Part shown: in pieces, positions 10,601 to 22,185 of the stretch
How the letters are laid out: every line of letters starts with the position of its first letter
How positions within the stretch are numbered: the first letter of the stretch is position 1
Origin: Yuukianura sp. NJ FZ-2021
Taxonomy: Eukaryota
Direction of reading: 5' to 3'
DNA length: 64,000 bases
Assembly (NCBI GenBank): GCA_046563655.1
Contig: CM102283.1
Coordinates: 2,604,001 to 2,668,000 of the forward strand
The notes under the pieces: generated by a model
What the model was told of the DNA's origin: nothing
What the model saw: the letters and a program-made list of their open reading frames with translations, nothing else
Database searches by the model: none
Translations under genes and position numbers: made by a program

Positions 10601-12852
10601 AGAAGTATGGCTGCCGGTGGAGTGACGAGAGACGAGGACTGGACTGCTTTGAGGTTGGAAGTCGACTGCCAGGAGGAAGTGGGGATTGGGCTTCTGCCTG
10701 TGAACAGGCAGAAGTTCTAGAATCTTCTAGAAGGTGGTTTGGAGGAATCGGCTATGGGGGAAAACACACGGCGGAGTGGGAAAAACGCCTTGTCATGTTC
10801 CTTCGCAGGAACATGGCAAGGGCTAGTGGGGGAAAATACTGGACTTGGGGAGGAGTCTTGGTTTCATTGGAAACCAAGACTAAAATAATGACGATAGGTG
10901 ACACCGGAGGTCAGCACTCTCACATCACTGCTCAAACTTGCAAAAGTCGGCACTGTTTCCAATGGTTGACTAATCAAAGTTTTTCGCAGTATAGCAATTC
11001 AAACAAACTGGGACTCAACAATCAACTTGTATCCATGGAGACGGCTGATTTCAGTGCCGACATTTGCGAGTTGCTAAATAATGTCAGAATTACATCTACT
11101 TTTTCTTATAAGTGTCTTATTATAAAACCTAAAAATGCGTTTAAGGTGTCTAAAAATCCGGAAGACCATGGCGGACAATGATCAGGGACCAATTTCCCAA
11201 ATTTTGGTGTCATACAATACTTAGACAAAATTGGACTTTGTATCGTATTTTTAGCATCGTTTAGCAGCAAAATATCAAATTCTGACCCCTGATAATTCTT
11301 CCTCGTGTTTCAACGAATTTTTAGAGGTATTGTACAAATTTCTACGTCATTCCTGTGAGGACTTATAAGGCCTGGAAGTTAACCAATTTGAGCTGAAACG
11401 AGACCCCCCGTTGCTAAGGGATATGGGTCCTTAAGTCGAACGCGCTAACAGACCAATTCAAATAGAACTTCAACAAACTACTTTGATTTTACAACATTAC
11501 AACACTTACAACCAAGGTTTCTATAGCAACGAAACAGTTATCTTTAACAGGTTAGGCAATAAGTTCCGTTTTCTAAAAATGTCACTGCAAACATTTTTCT
11601 ACTCTGAACTTGTTTCTTTATTTGAGATAAAAATTTGCATCCAACTTATGCAAATAAAAATAAATTTATAAAAAATAAATAAAAAATAAATTTTTGTGGG
11701 GAAAACCAGCCCCCTGCAAATGGCGCCCATAGCAACCAACGCAATTTTTGTTTGTGACGTCACCCGCTGAAAAAATACCGTAATCGTCAAATTGCAACCC
11801 GCTGGCATTTATGTAAACAAGATGTGTCTTACGGGTTTCTATAGGACACCACCAATAATTGGCAGAATTTCGGTATTTTCAGCGGGTGACGTCATTTTTT
11901 TTCCACATGGCAACCAAACAAACTTTCCATTCGCACTACCTAGTAGTATTCTATTTACCTTAAGGGAAAACAATAAAAATATTGCCCGACATATTGCCTA
12001 ACCTGTGAAAGAAAAATCTATTTTCTTGTTTACGAACCTTGCTTCCAACTCTTTTTGACGTTGTGCGTCTTCCATGATCTTCGATCATCACTTTTTTTCA
12101 CGTTATTGGTCCGTAGATGCGAGCACTTGGAGCCAACGCTGTTCTGGTGGACCAAGTAGAGGGCAAACCAGGGAACGTGACATTTGCTGATGTTTCGGCA
12201 GCGGAACAACGTGGCCTTGACCTCGTCGCTTCAACTGGAGCCTACTATGTGGACCAATTCAACAATCAAAACAACATTTACTCACATGAAGTCACTACTG
12301 GACCGGAAATCTGGGCTCAAACGGGCGGTCACATTGATGCGTTCCTGGCCACGGTGGGAACGGCCGGAACGTTCATGGGCGTTTCCCGTTTCCTCAAATC
12401 CAAAAATCCAGAGATTTTGTGCTGCGCAGTGGAACCGAAAGGAGCTGAAGTGATCAGCGGTTGCGAAGTGGTGAAACCTTTGCATCTATTGCAGGGCAGC
12501 GGTTACGGAGAAGTACCGCGACTTTTCAAATTTGACACCGTGGACCACACCCTCGCAGTGACAGATCGTGAAGCAGTCGAGTATAAAAAGCTACTTGGAT
12601 CCAAGGAAGGACTCTACTTGGGATACACGAGTGGAGCCAATGTCGTAAGTTTCAAAATTTTTTGAAAAATTCTTAAGTTTTTGACTTATTTTTCAAAATC
12701 CTGAAATCCTTGAAAAACTTTTTTAGGCGGCTGCTGTGAAACTTTTGAAATCAGGAAAACTTCCGGCCGATGCCTGGGTCGTAACGGTTTTGAACGACAC
12801 TGGACTCAAATACCCGGAAATTGAAAATTACGAATTTCATGATGTGGAATAA
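4617..12852 (+). CDS. Cysteine synthase / beta-cyanoalanine synthase-like (CAS1), 331 aa, intact
   Basis: Exons 4617-4958, 12117-12644, 12727-12852 (phase-0 GT/AG introns). Fold-type II PLP motifs IGHTPL, KCEFMNPGGSIKDR (PLP Lys), EVTSGNQG, DQFNN, TTGPEIW, GTAGT, LQGSG, DTGLKY. Closely resembles the Tetranychus urticae CAS as I recall it. Confidence 0.92.
5258..5345 (-). mobile_element. tRNA-derived SINE-like head
   Basis: Minus strand has A-box-like TAGCTCACTTGA and B-box GGTTCGAATCC; no complete cloverleaf. Confidence 0.45.
5747..6315 (-). repeat. 3' LTR (569 bp)
   Basis: Near-identical to 10335-10924. Confidence 0.95.
6452..8833 (-). CDS. LTR-element ORF2 (793 aa): Ser/Pro-rich, with an integrase C-terminal GPY/F-like motif and no catalytic Pol domains
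   Basis: Uninterrupted ORF. PWQGPYVVDSVLTSDSVAIVNL...WVNVSRLE resembles the GPY/F module. No YxDD, D[ST]G protease, HHCC or DDE context seen. Basic NLS-like PKRRRKR. Confidence 0.75.
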   Translation of the reverse strand: MSTSSPSSPPVPHGLHQVPTPTKFRPSHHDPSSRFPWSFPCSSPTPDIYPECPEHHGYPLGSHDYVLPPANQGSPNNNGRCSYAASGKLHRLLMQVQQPPAPVANPAPPPSDFVLRYIPTPVPKRRRKRVATRKPSQCPPPTQELLKFFELFAQNNRICPSPCSHSDDARTSKLVVGETIPQPKPRLSLLRRNEVSVNQSLPVAVPRRRAAAEAVSDSDVVLKSNVAVDPIDVSDPNALNVLPDQSGSIAPSSPEARNSVKGSPSHAPTSPTPLAITNRDPVPSPIALSRFSVPPEPMSTADPTGFADPKSKSEVSSLSASPCISETASLSETRSISVFPPSESPSLSVTPALSASPRISENYSVSESPRISPVSSVSDLTSISDSSRISLSGVKIVSRSSSTSDLSVVCCPSGSSVALVFSSPEAVDPTSSESFVPIAPAHTLGGLVLEQECSPVPVAPSSVVPAESPPVTIPDPPTVPSSCDSAASKPKTTKKKPQKPRSQRSRKCPSDKFPPASQVICHLPSNGKSGNGSSPWQGPYVVDSVLTSDSVAIVNLPGNPSFYEWVNVSRLELVASPPKTSVAAPSPISKPVPLNIDFSGFPEWSLGDDPNPFITHARLMAEADHPNLTEAEYAANIVSWLDIPLIPYFTRDAETEDSVRRRLLILNQFPDSPRHTTLGSPSCQWNVSLVPLESSLATTTCHGILMKTFVPTTLTSTSARLMTPPPQRVTLVPPVPHSTREVSLSLAIMVLPPFHPVILDIPENARSILAISVHSHLRLIAAGNLQRTPNVVR
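7680..7900 (-). repeat. Degenerate 18-bp (6-aa) coding tandem repeat in ORF2
   Basis: ISETAS/LSETRS/ISVFPP/../LSVTPA/LSASPR/ISENYS/VSESPR/ISPVSS/VSDLTS/ISDSSR; CGGA recurs about every 18 nt on the + strand. Confidence 0.75.
8538..8575 (-). promoter_or_regulatory. Putative -1 programmed ribosomal frameshift signal
   Basis: G_GAA_AAC in the ORF1 frame (8575-8569), 6-nt spacer, perfect 8-bp stem GGCUGUUG/CAACAGCC overlapping the ORF1 stop. ORF2 is in the -1 frame. Confidence 0.7.
8554..9057 (-). CDS. gag: Mini-Gag ORF1 with CCHC zinc knuckle (167 aa from ATG 9057)
   Basis: RTEDGRPICHYCGRGGHIRKYC fits CX2CX4HX4C. No recognisable capsid domain upstream. Confidence 0.8.
   Translation of the reverse strand: MSYHSSPTSSIHGSEASGVTSTPQRRMPLAYQPSPSDHRTEDGRPICHYCGRGGHIRKYCHAYWRSQGIDPIAAGCRPLPPRPRQFPMVYTRSQPQRSSVPPIMTQAAGSLGVSPVAPPPPTFTQSVPNTMDTHWGPMIMSSLQQIKEVLTTMADAVMLQAENSTGC
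10317..10332 (-). promoter_or_regulatory. Degenerate primer-binding site (tRNA-Pro-like)
   Basis: TGGGGCCTCAGACGGG starts 2 nt after the 5' LTR; the canonical tRNA-Pro PBS is TGGGGGCTCGTCCGGG (12/16 match). Confidence 0.55.
10335..10924 (-). repeat. 5' LTR (590 bp)
   Basis: Near-identical to 5747-6315, with an extra tandem copy of GTGCTTGGTGGGTCTTGTCCA. Confidence 0.95.
11512..12041. mobile_element. MITE family M1 copy
   Basis: Terminal CCAAGGTT...AACCTTG plus subterminal AACAGGTTAGGCAATA / TATTGCCTAACCTGT inverted repeats, shared with other copies in the window. Confidence 0.7.
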
Positions 12853-13384
12853 ACCAAGAAATTGATTCTCAAAATTCATTAAAAAATGTTGTTGTTTTGG
12901 ATTACTTTTTGAAAATTAGTATAGTAGTGTGATCGCTAGTATCAGCCAAGAAGGTTGAAGATATGCAATTGGCCCGCCGGTCTTCGAAATGTTCAGGTTT
13001 TCCTAATTTTTATTTATTTTTTTTACTATATTTTACTGAAGTTTTTAAGAATTAAAGTTTTCAATGTGTCATTCTATTAACTACCAAACTATTACTCACC
13101 ACGAGACGCAATTTAAAAATGATGTATGATGTATTTTTAAAAGAGCGCGAAAACTATGTGCAGAACTAGAACAGTTTGAAAGGAATGTCTAACTTCGATA
13201 GAGTTTTAAGCATAAACTACTACATAAACTACTAAGCATAAAAGCATTGGCTAAATTCTACACTTTCTAAAATATTTTATAAATGATTTAAAACGCAAAC
13301 TCCCTATTATTAAATGAGCTTACAATATTTGTGTAAGTCGACAGTGGAACAGGATTTAAAAAAAATGGAACGACGCAGTTTGCC

Positions 13385-16013
13385 TTATCGAAATGCAAGA
13401 AGCAATGTAGTAACATTATCAGTTATAACTACCCCAAATATTGTTAGAACAAATTCGTTAGTGTCAAGCACAAAATGTTCTCCTACGCGGATAACGAGTG
13501 GCTTCTTTGACTTCCAAAATCGTCGACTGTAGCCCATTTGTCCGTGAATTTGAAACTGCCCAGCTCTGCAACACTCAAGTGAATTGGTAGAACAGAGTAC
13601 TGCCAGATTTATTATTGCTTTAAGTCCAACTGAAATTAGAAAGATGACAAGGACCATCACTTGTTGGAGCGCAATGTAGTCTCCACCCCCAAATTTTACG
13701 CACGCGAAGATGCCGAGGATGATTAAACCCTGACTCGCATAAACAGCAAATTCCATAATATTCGCAAAGATATCATTCACGAAGGCAGTCAGGACTTGAT
13801 GACCTGTGTATACCTTTTCATTGACCTTTCGCCGTGGTGAGTTTTGAATGTCAATGCATACACTGCAAACACAAAATATTCCAACCTCTTCTGCTTCATA
13901 TTCTCCTTTAGCTATAAGTGAAATACAGTAGTTTCTTCAACTTATTCCATGTGCAAAATACAAAACAAATGCAATTGACAAATGCAAAACTTGCAGCGCT
14001 AAATGGCAGTAAACCGACAAAATGAAACATGGAATGGCAAAGGGGGTATTTTGTAATGACAATTTGACCTCAGATTCATTAATTTTTTCACCCCAATGTA
14101 GTGCAATTGCAATTTGCTTTGTATTTTGCACATGGAATAAGTTGGAGAGACTACTGTACGAAAAGTATCCAACTTATGAAATGTGCAAAATACAAAACAA
14201 ACGACAATTGCACAAACCAGTATTAGAAAATTTCCTTACTCTGAGGTTCTGTTGTCATTATCAAATCTATCCAAATTGGATGATCCAATTGCAAATAGGT
14301 GGATTTTGCAATGGCAATTGGACCTCGAGGTCCTATTGCAAAATCCACCTACATGTATTTGCCTCAGAGTAATGAAATTTTCTAACCGCAGTTTGTGCAA
14401 TTGCCAATTGTTTTGTATTTTATAGATTTCATAAGTTGGAGACTATTCTGTAGCGTGAATTCGAAAAGAAATGTTCTTCAAACCTTAAGTGTTTGATCCA
14501 GTGGCGCAGGGAATTAGCGTATATGAGTAACAGATTAGCATACAGGTATAGTATGGATCCTGCGTGCACTGAGCACAAGCACATAGCGAATACCGCCAAG
14601 GAAACGGATGATGTCAACACATACTTGTTAATATCCTCAGCTCCGGTGAGAGCTTTTAAAATATGAGCAGCGAAAAGGTAGATAGAATTTGTAATTTGAT
14701 TGTCAGTGAGCGTAACGAACCCTAGTATTGCAGGAGTCCCACACATTTGTAAATAGAAATATGCCCAATACATAAGTTTGAAGTATGCCTCGAATTCATC
14801 TCCTTGGGAAGAATGTTGTAGCACGCCATACAGTTTGTCTGTAAATTACAAAATTGCAATGCAACTTGTCTAAATCCTGATTTTTTGAACCGGATTTATC
14901 CACGGATTTTTGCGGATTCGGATTATCCGAAATCCGGAGTTCAAAATTTTGAATCCGATTCTCTATTTCAGGCAATTGGCGGCAGTGGAAAATTGGATTT
15001 TCAGAAAAAAAGACAATTCAAATAAAAATTAAAAAAAATTCTTGTAAAAAATGAATAATTTGCAACTTCCGTAATGAATATTTATGCATTGGTGTAAAAC
15101 TCCTTAATCCTATTTATGCATTAATGTCAAAACTCCTTAATCCCATTATAAAATTCAAAAATTTGCTTATGGAAGTTACCATGTACTCCCGAAAATCCGA
15201 AACCGGATTTGGTCACGAGAAATCCGGATAAATCCGAAATCCGGATTTCTGAAAATCTTACAGATTTGAGTCTCAAATTGAGACCTAGATAGTGCAAAAC
15301 AAAAAATGTGAAAAGCATACGCAGGAATCTAAACCCAAGTTTCGTTGACAACAAAAAATTAATTTTCTTTAACAGGTTGGGTACTACCTCGCTTGTTGAC
15401 AAGAAAACGAAAAAAATCAAAGATTGGGACCAATTCTAGTACCAATCCAAAAAATTGGTACCAATTCGTATGCAAAATTTAAAAAATTCGGCTGTATTGT
15501 TATGACTACGATGCACTGAAATCGAAATACATTTTTGTCTTGCATAATCAAAAAAACGTTAGGTATTACCCAACCTGTTAAATAAAATCCAAGTCAACAA
15601 ACCTTGTCTAAGCCTAACTTGAAATTCACTTGAAGTAAATCGTTAATATTTTACTTACCAAGGTGATCATAAAATCGTAAGATGGACGAAACTAATTTGG
15701 ACACTTCTTTTGCATAGTGACAGTACCAGAGTTGAAATCCACACAACAAGGCAGAGTAAACAGGAAGTGCAACGCAGGAAACACATATTGGTGGAATGTG
15801 TCGAAAGAAAAACGCTGCATAGGCTTCAAATACAATCGCTTGAAGGTTGAAAGCTAAAGTCAGCGTCATAAACAACTTAATAACAAACAAGTTTTTGGAA
15901 CTGATCACTTTATATCCACTTTTTGTTGAAACTATTTTGAACGAATACACTTTCCATTTGAATCCTAAATCAATTGTCTTCAAAGCATAATCCCACGTTG
16001 CTTTAGACAGCAT
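13385..16013 (-). CDS. Multi-pass membrane protein, divergent gustatory/chemoreceptor-like family A, copy 1 (~395 aa)
   Basis: Exons 16013-15659, 14838-14484, 13862-13385 join in frame. Many hydrophobic helices. C-terminus KPLVIRVGEHFVLD...VITDNVTTLLL resembles the hexapod GR/OR-superfamily tail. Confidence 0.7.
13926..14156. mobile_element. Tc1/mariner-type MITE
   Basis: ~50-bp imperfect TIRs CAGTAGT..CAACTTATTCCATGTGCAAAATACAAA, flanked by TA on both sides. A related foldback element follows at ~14165-14451. Confidence 0.75.
14870..15270. repeat. Intronic element rich in ATCCG/CGGAT motifs (probable non-autonomous DNA transposon remnant)
   Basis: CCGGAT/ATCCG clusters at both ends; internal ~32-bp tandem duplication at 15080-15143. 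Confidence 0.5.
15334..15608. mobile_element. MITE family M1 copy
   Basis: M1 terminal and subterminal inverted repeats; similar to 44513-44782 and, inverted, to 17461-17720. Confidence 0.7.
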
Positions 16014-16649
16014 TTCTGTGCTGCTTGAAACTTGAAATGTGGCGTGGGCAAGAGTGTTACGACTTTTTAAAAGAAACTAAAATCCAAGCGAGGTGATAGC
16101 ATAAGTCAAATTTGTGTTATTTGTTTTGGTAACGTATTTTTATGAAGGTGTTTCAGAAAAATGAAATTCTACAAAATTATATGTTCAACACCTCTCCAAT
16201 TTTTAATACACAGAAAAAAATTCATTTACAATTGTGGTTATGACATGACGAAATTGTTAGGTTAGATTTGTCCAAAAGAAATTGTATCCGTTTTGGTCAA
16301 ATTTTAGTATTTTGACATTAAATTGCATCCGGAGGAAGTAGTATCTAAATATTTTTTAAAAACATAAAATTATGCCTACAAATAGTTGGTTTGAAACTGA
16401 TCCAACCTTGTGATAGATCATATGCGTATAATTTAAGCATAATTTTCATATTTTTTTTCTAAAAATATATTTTGAGCTTTCAGAAAAATGTCAGGAAATT
16501 GTAAATTAACTTTAAATTGGCAAGCGAAATTTTGAACATGAATTTACACTAATTTTCAACAATTTTTCGCATATTCGCGCAATTTGGAATACGGAATTGT
16601 GTATTCATGCAAACTTTACCGGTCTTAAACCTTTGAATTACGCACATAA

Positions 16650-16889
16650 TACTTGGGATGCACGAGTGGAGCCAATGTCGTAAGTTTCAAAATTTTTTGA
16701 AAAATTCTTAAATTCTGACTTAGTTTTTATAATCCTGAAATCCTAATACAAATTCTTTAGGCGGCTGCTGTGAAACTTTTGAAATCAGGAAAACTTCCCG
16801 CCGATGCCTGGGTCGTCACGGTTTTGAACGATACTGGACTAAAATACCCGGATATTGAAAATTACGAATTTCATGATGATGTGGAATAA
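16650..16889 (+). pseudogene. CAS 3' remnant (end of exon 2, intron 2, exon 3)
   Basis: Near-copy of 12615-12852 that starts abruptly at a duplication junction. Confidence 0.9.
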
Positions 16890-17460
16890 AAACAAAAAAA
16901 ATGATTTTTCTAAATTTTCTAAAAAACAAATTGATTTTCAAAATTCATAAAAAAAATGTTGGTTTGGTTTACTTTTTAAAAATTAGTATAGTTTGATAGG
17001 ATGAGGCAAGAACGTTGATGAAATGCAACTGATCTTCGGTGCTCGAAATGCTTAGCTTTTCCTATTTTTTATTTGAGCTTTTACTACGTTTTACTTTAGT
17101 TTTTAACAATAAATTGAAGCTTACAATGTGTCATTCCATTAACTATACAAACTATTACGCCATTAGATCAGAAGAACAGAGTAAGAAGAAATTAAGTATG
17201 CGCAAAATACGTAAAGCATAATAATGTAAGCAGTACAATTAGGTAAGCAAGATTTTTGTAAATTTTAGGTTAACTTGTGCTTAACTTTGACGGTCAACTA
17301 TTTGTGCGATGTAATGCAATGCGGGAAAGCATACATTTGAAATACATTAATTTCTTTTAATTAATTATTCTATTTAAATTAAAACAGAAACAGATATTAT
17401 ATAATACTGTATAATACGGTCAACGAATCCAACTGCCGTTTCTTTAAAAAAAGTCACAAC

Positions 17461-17720
17461 GACAAGGTTTGTTGATTTTGATTTTCTTTAACAGGTTGGG
17501 TAATACCTCACGTTTTTTTGATTTTGCAAAAAAAGGTGTCTTTCCATTGCAGGGCATCGTAGTCATAACAATAGAGCCAAATTTTTTAAATTTTGCATAC
17601 GAATTGGTAGTAGTTTTTCGGATTGCTACTAAAATTGCTGCTAATTTTTTTCCTGTCAACAACCGAGGTAGCACCAAACCTGTTAAAAAAAATTAAATTT
17701 TGGTTGCTAAGGAACCTTGG
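17461..17720. mobile_element. MITE family M1 copy
   Basis: CAAGGTT...AACAGGTTGGGTAATACCTC ... AACCTGTTAAA...AACCTTGG. Confidence 0.7.
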
Positions 17721-18761
17721 CCAACGACGCAGTTTGACTTATGGAAATGAAAGTAGCAATGTAGTCACATTGTCAGTTATAACTATGCCAAATAGTGTTA
17801 GAACAAATTCGTTGGTGTCAAATACAAAATGTTCTCCTACGCGGATAACGAGTGGCTTTTTTGACTTCCAAAATCTTCGACTCTTGCTCATTTGTCCGTG
17901 AATTTGAAATTGCCCAGCTCTGCAACATGCAAGTGAATTGGTAGAACAGAGTACTGCCAAATTCACTATTGCTTTAAGTCCAACTGAAATTACAATGCTG
18001 AGCAGGATCATCAATTGTTGGAGCGCAATGTAGTCTCCACCCCGAAATTTTATGCACCCGAAGATGCAGAGGATTATCATACCCTCACAGAAATAAAAAG
18101 CAAATTCTGTAATATTCGCAAAGATGTCATTCACAAAGGCAGTCAAGACTTGATGCCCTGTGTATACCGTTTCATTGACCTTTCGTCGTTGTGAGTTTTG
18201 AATATCAATGCATACACTGTAAACACAAATTATTCCAACTTTTTTTTATATCATATTCTCCTTTTAGTACAAATGAAATACAGTAGTGTCCAACTTATGA
18301 AATGTACAAAATACAAAACTAATGGCAATTGGAAAAACTGGGGTTAGAAAATTTCTCTACCCTGCGGTCCTAGATTGTCATTCTGGGGCTAAAACTTTTT
18401 CTACCGAAGTTGAAATGCACAAATTTTTCACTTTTATCATGTTTCAAACGTTTTTGGAATTTGGAGCAAAAAAACCCAAGGGTCCAACTCTCGAAACGCT
18501 CTTCCTACGAGCTCCTCGGGTCACCCCTGACAATCAAACGACCCTTACGGAAGTTGTTCATGTCTTAATTTTGTCCAATGAAAATGACGACCTCGGAGTA
18601 CTATTCCGCTCATTTAACAAATGTCAAAAAAAAATTACGACAATAGCTAGTCAGGGAGTGGTCGCAGGGTCATATAGCATAGGACAAAAAAATGTCTCAA
18701 AAAAGATTCCAACAACTTTCGTAAGGGAACTTTGAGGTTTCAGGGGTGACCACTTCTGGTA

Positions 18762-19294
18762 CTTTAAAAGCAGACCTCCGAAATTAGAGGGGGACCCTTT
18801 GCGCGGCAAGTAAAATTTTTGCTCCAAACGATTCCAAAACGTTGGTAGACGCACAATTAAATCAACGCTGAAAAAAAGTAATTTTAAAAAGTATGTTACT
18901 ATTTTCGATGTAATTTATACAGAATAGATTTACCGTAGTGTTTTCTTATTATTTTAATAATTTGTCGAATAATTTAACGAAGTTAACATGTGCTTGCCGC
19001 GGAAACCGTAATTTCGGAGGGTTCTTGGAAAGACCAGGGTCAAGGCCTTTAAAAGCAACCTCCGAAATTAGAGTTTCAATTTTTGCGACGATTAAATTGG
19101 TAGACGCACAATTAAATCAACGCTAAAAGTAATTTTAAAAAGTATGTTACTATTTTGATGTAATTTATACAGAATAGATTTACTGTAGTGTTTTCTTATT
19201 ATTTTAATAATTTGTCGAATAATTTAACGAAGTTAACATGTGCTTGCCGCGGAAACCGCAATTTCGGAGGTTTCTTGGAAAGACCAGGTCAAGG
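18762..19294. repeat. Two-copy tandem repeat (~250-285 bp units) in an intron
   Basis: Units start TTTAAAAGCA(G)ACCTCCGAAATTAGAG at 18762 and 19048 and share ~200 bp of near-identical sequence. Confidence 0.85.
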
Positions 19295-19535
19295 TTTGTA
19301 AACAAGAAAATAATTTTTCTTCAACAGGTTAGGCAATAACTCAAGCGTTTTAGATTTTGTTTAAAAATTATCAAAAATTGGTTCACCCTGCATTCCTATG
19401 GTAATGATTTATGCAATCAAACGGGATTGGGGGAAAATCGGGTGAAAAAATTGGTTGGAGCGAATTTTTTGCGTAAACAGGACTTATTGCCAAACCTCTT
19501 AAAGCAAAGCAATTTCGTTGCTATAGCAACCTTGG
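19289..19535. mobile_element. MITE family M1 copy
   Basis: CAAGGTTTG...AACAGGTTAGGCAATAA ... TTATTGCCAAACCT...AACCTTGG. Confidence 0.65.
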
Positions 19536-20247
19536 ACCAGGTGTCAGGAAAAAAATTTGCTCTTTACTCAATGACGGAGGGAGGGAACGATCTTTTTTTG
19601 AGACACCTTTTCTTATGGGAGTAAAGCCTTTGTCGCAATTTGGCTTTTCTTTATATTTGTTAAATGAACGGAACAGTAATGAAATTTTCTAACCCAATTT
19701 GCGCAATCGCCCTTTGTTTTTATTTTGAACATTTCCTAAGTCGCAGACTTTTCTGCAGCGTGTATTCAAAAATATGTTTTTCAAACCTTAAGTGTTTGAT
19801 CCAGTGGCGCAGCGAATTAACGTATATGAGTAACAGATTAGCGTAAAGATAGAATATGGATCCTGCGTGCATTGCGCACAAGCATATAGCGAATACCGCC
19901 AAGGAAACGGATGCTGTCAACACATACTTGTTAATATCCTCAGCTCCAGTAACGGATTTTAAAATATGAGCAGCGAAAAGATAGGCAGAATTTGTAATTT
20001 GATTGTCAGTGAACGTAAAGAATCCTACCATTGCAGGAGTTAGAAACATTTGTAAATAAAAATATGCGAAATACAAAAATTTGAAGGATGCCTCGAATTC
20101 ATCTCCCTGAGAAGAATGTTGTTGCACGCCGTAGAGTTTGCCTGTAAATTACAAAATTGTTATGCAGCATGGCCCAAAAGAAACACACAATATGTCAAAA
20201 CCATACGAAGGCATAAACCTAACTTCAACGCTAGCATTTGACGTAAT

Positions 20248-20549
20248 CAGTATTGCTGGATATCCACTTTTTCGACAGTTCATCCACGGCTGGCTAACCA
20301 GTGGAAGAAATGAACGAAATCCAAAGGGGCGGAGCGTTGCCCACGGGGTATGAATAATTTGAAAATAAAAAGCGGAAATTAAACTACTTCTTCGTGATGT
20401 GTAATTTAAATTTCATTGAACTTCGCGCTGAGTTTTTAAACCCAACTGATTTCTTCCATCCACCGTCCAGTAAGACCCCATTTTGTCCACTGGATATCTA
20501 GTGGAAGTGGCAATTAAGCCACTGGACGTTTAAGCATACAGCAACACTG
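20248..20549. mobile_element. hAT-type MITE (family H1)
   Basis: TIRs CAGTATTGCTG / CAGCAACACTG with an exact 8-bp TSD GACGTAAT. Confidence 0.85.
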
Positions 20550-21166
20550 GACGTAATCCTTAACGTTTTACTTACGAAGGTGATCATAAAATTGCACGAT
20601 GGACGAAGTTATTGCGGATACTTCTTTCATATAGAGACAGTACCACAGTTGAAATCCACACCACAAGGCGGAGGCAATAGGAAGTACAGCACAGGAAACG
20701 GATATTGGTGGAATGTGTCGAAAGAAAAATACTGCATAGCATGCAACTACAATCTCTTGTAGATGGAAAGTTAGTGCCAGCGTCAGGAACAATTTATTAG
20801 TAAACAAGGTTTTGGAACTGATCACCTTATATCCACTTTTTCGTTAAAACTATTCTGAATGAATATACTTTCCATTTGAATCCTAAGTCGATTGCCTTCA
20901 CAGCATAATCCCACGTTGCTTTAGACAACATTCAAATGCTTCTTTTTTGAAATGTGGCTTCCACAACTAGTTCTTACTTTTTTTTAAAAGCAACTACAAT
21001 CCAAGCGAGCTGATAGCCTGAGTCAAACTTGTGTTATTTTTGTCGTAACGTATTTTTGTGAAGGTGTTTCAGAAAAATGAAATTGTAGAAAATTATATGT
21101 TCAATACCTGTCCAATTTTCAATACACAGAAAAAAACTCATGTATAATTGTGGTTATAACATGACT

Positions 21167-22185
21167 TCCGATTTTCTGAAATACTTTTGGCAATGGCAAA
21201 CGACAGACACGAATTAAGCTCAAAAATATTCAACTTTTGGATTCACTCGTTTTATTAAACCTCTCACTGCATACGATAAGTAAATAAGAAATATTGACAA
21301 CGAAAATGTTTTTGGAATATTGGTTCGATTTTCGAAGCTTAGCTTTTAAATGTTTAAATTTTTAAGGAACTTTTAACCTGCTGAAAATCCAAGGTGGATA
21401 AACAAACAAATACTTTTTCTTTAACAGGTTCCGCAATACCTCGAGTTTTAAGTTTTTCGCGAAAAATTTTCAATGCTGAATTCAACTAGTTTCAATCGCG
21501 TTGGTATGGTAAACGAAATTAAAAAATTCGGAGAGATGGCTTTTTGAATTGGCAAATTCAAATTAGAAAAAGAGTAAAAAGGTAGAACAAAAAATTGTTT
21601 GACTCAAAATTATTCGAAAAAAAAAACAGGACGTATTGCCTAACCTGTTAAAGGAAAACTATTTCGTTGTTATAAAAACCTTGGCAATATCTCCACTTTG
21701 GTAAATATGCAATATGAATGAATTTAATTTCCTGGAAATGATCGGAGCTGACCTTTTCCATCAAGCAGTAAAAGCTAATGTCATTAAGTAAATAAATTAG
21801 TAAACTATCTAAGCCTTCTCGAATTAAACCAGAATCGGGCAAATCAGATAAAATGGATTAAAAACGAACTAGGGTTTGGCATTTGATGAATTTAAGGTTA
21901 AATATAACATGTATATTGAATATAATTAAACCGACCTCATTTTGTTAATTTTCAAAGGAATCACACAAATGTGTTTGTGTTTATTTCCGATTTAAAATTT
22001 CGTCTTTCAAGTTTCTGATTGAAAACTGAAACTAAATGTACAAAAATCACAGAACGAACACAATGCGAAAATATATTTTTTTTGGGAATTGTGGCGAACC
22101 AAAGACTTTTTCCTGTAAACAAACTGAGAGTTTTAAAATCGGTCCAGGGATTACTACATTTTGAAGTTTTGAGCTTAACTATTAA
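21167..22185 (-). pseudogene. Displaced copy of the family B receptor 5' end and upstream region
   Basis: Similar to 26403-27460, including the M1 MITE at ~21389-21684. The base triplet matching the family B start codon reads TTG here. Confidence 0.75.

Larger units (their letters stand above)
5747..10924 (-). mobile_element. Non-autonomous Ty3/gypsy-like LTR retroelement (5178 bp) in CAS1 intron 1
   Basis: Direct repeats 5747-6315 and 10335-10924 with 6 substitutions and one 21-bp duplication. TSD TCAC (5743-5746 / 10925-10928). Sense-strand termini TG...TA. PBS-like sequence next to the 5' LTR. Internal CCHC knuckle and GPY/F motif. Confidence 0.95.
17739..20931 (-). pseudogene. Chemoreceptor-like family A, copy 2, with a +1 frameshift in exon 1 (pseudogene or assembly error)
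   Basis: Exons 20931-20576 (356 nt vs 355 in copy 1), 20141-19787, 18216-17739. Extra base beside the T-run at ~20842. Confidence 0.7.
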
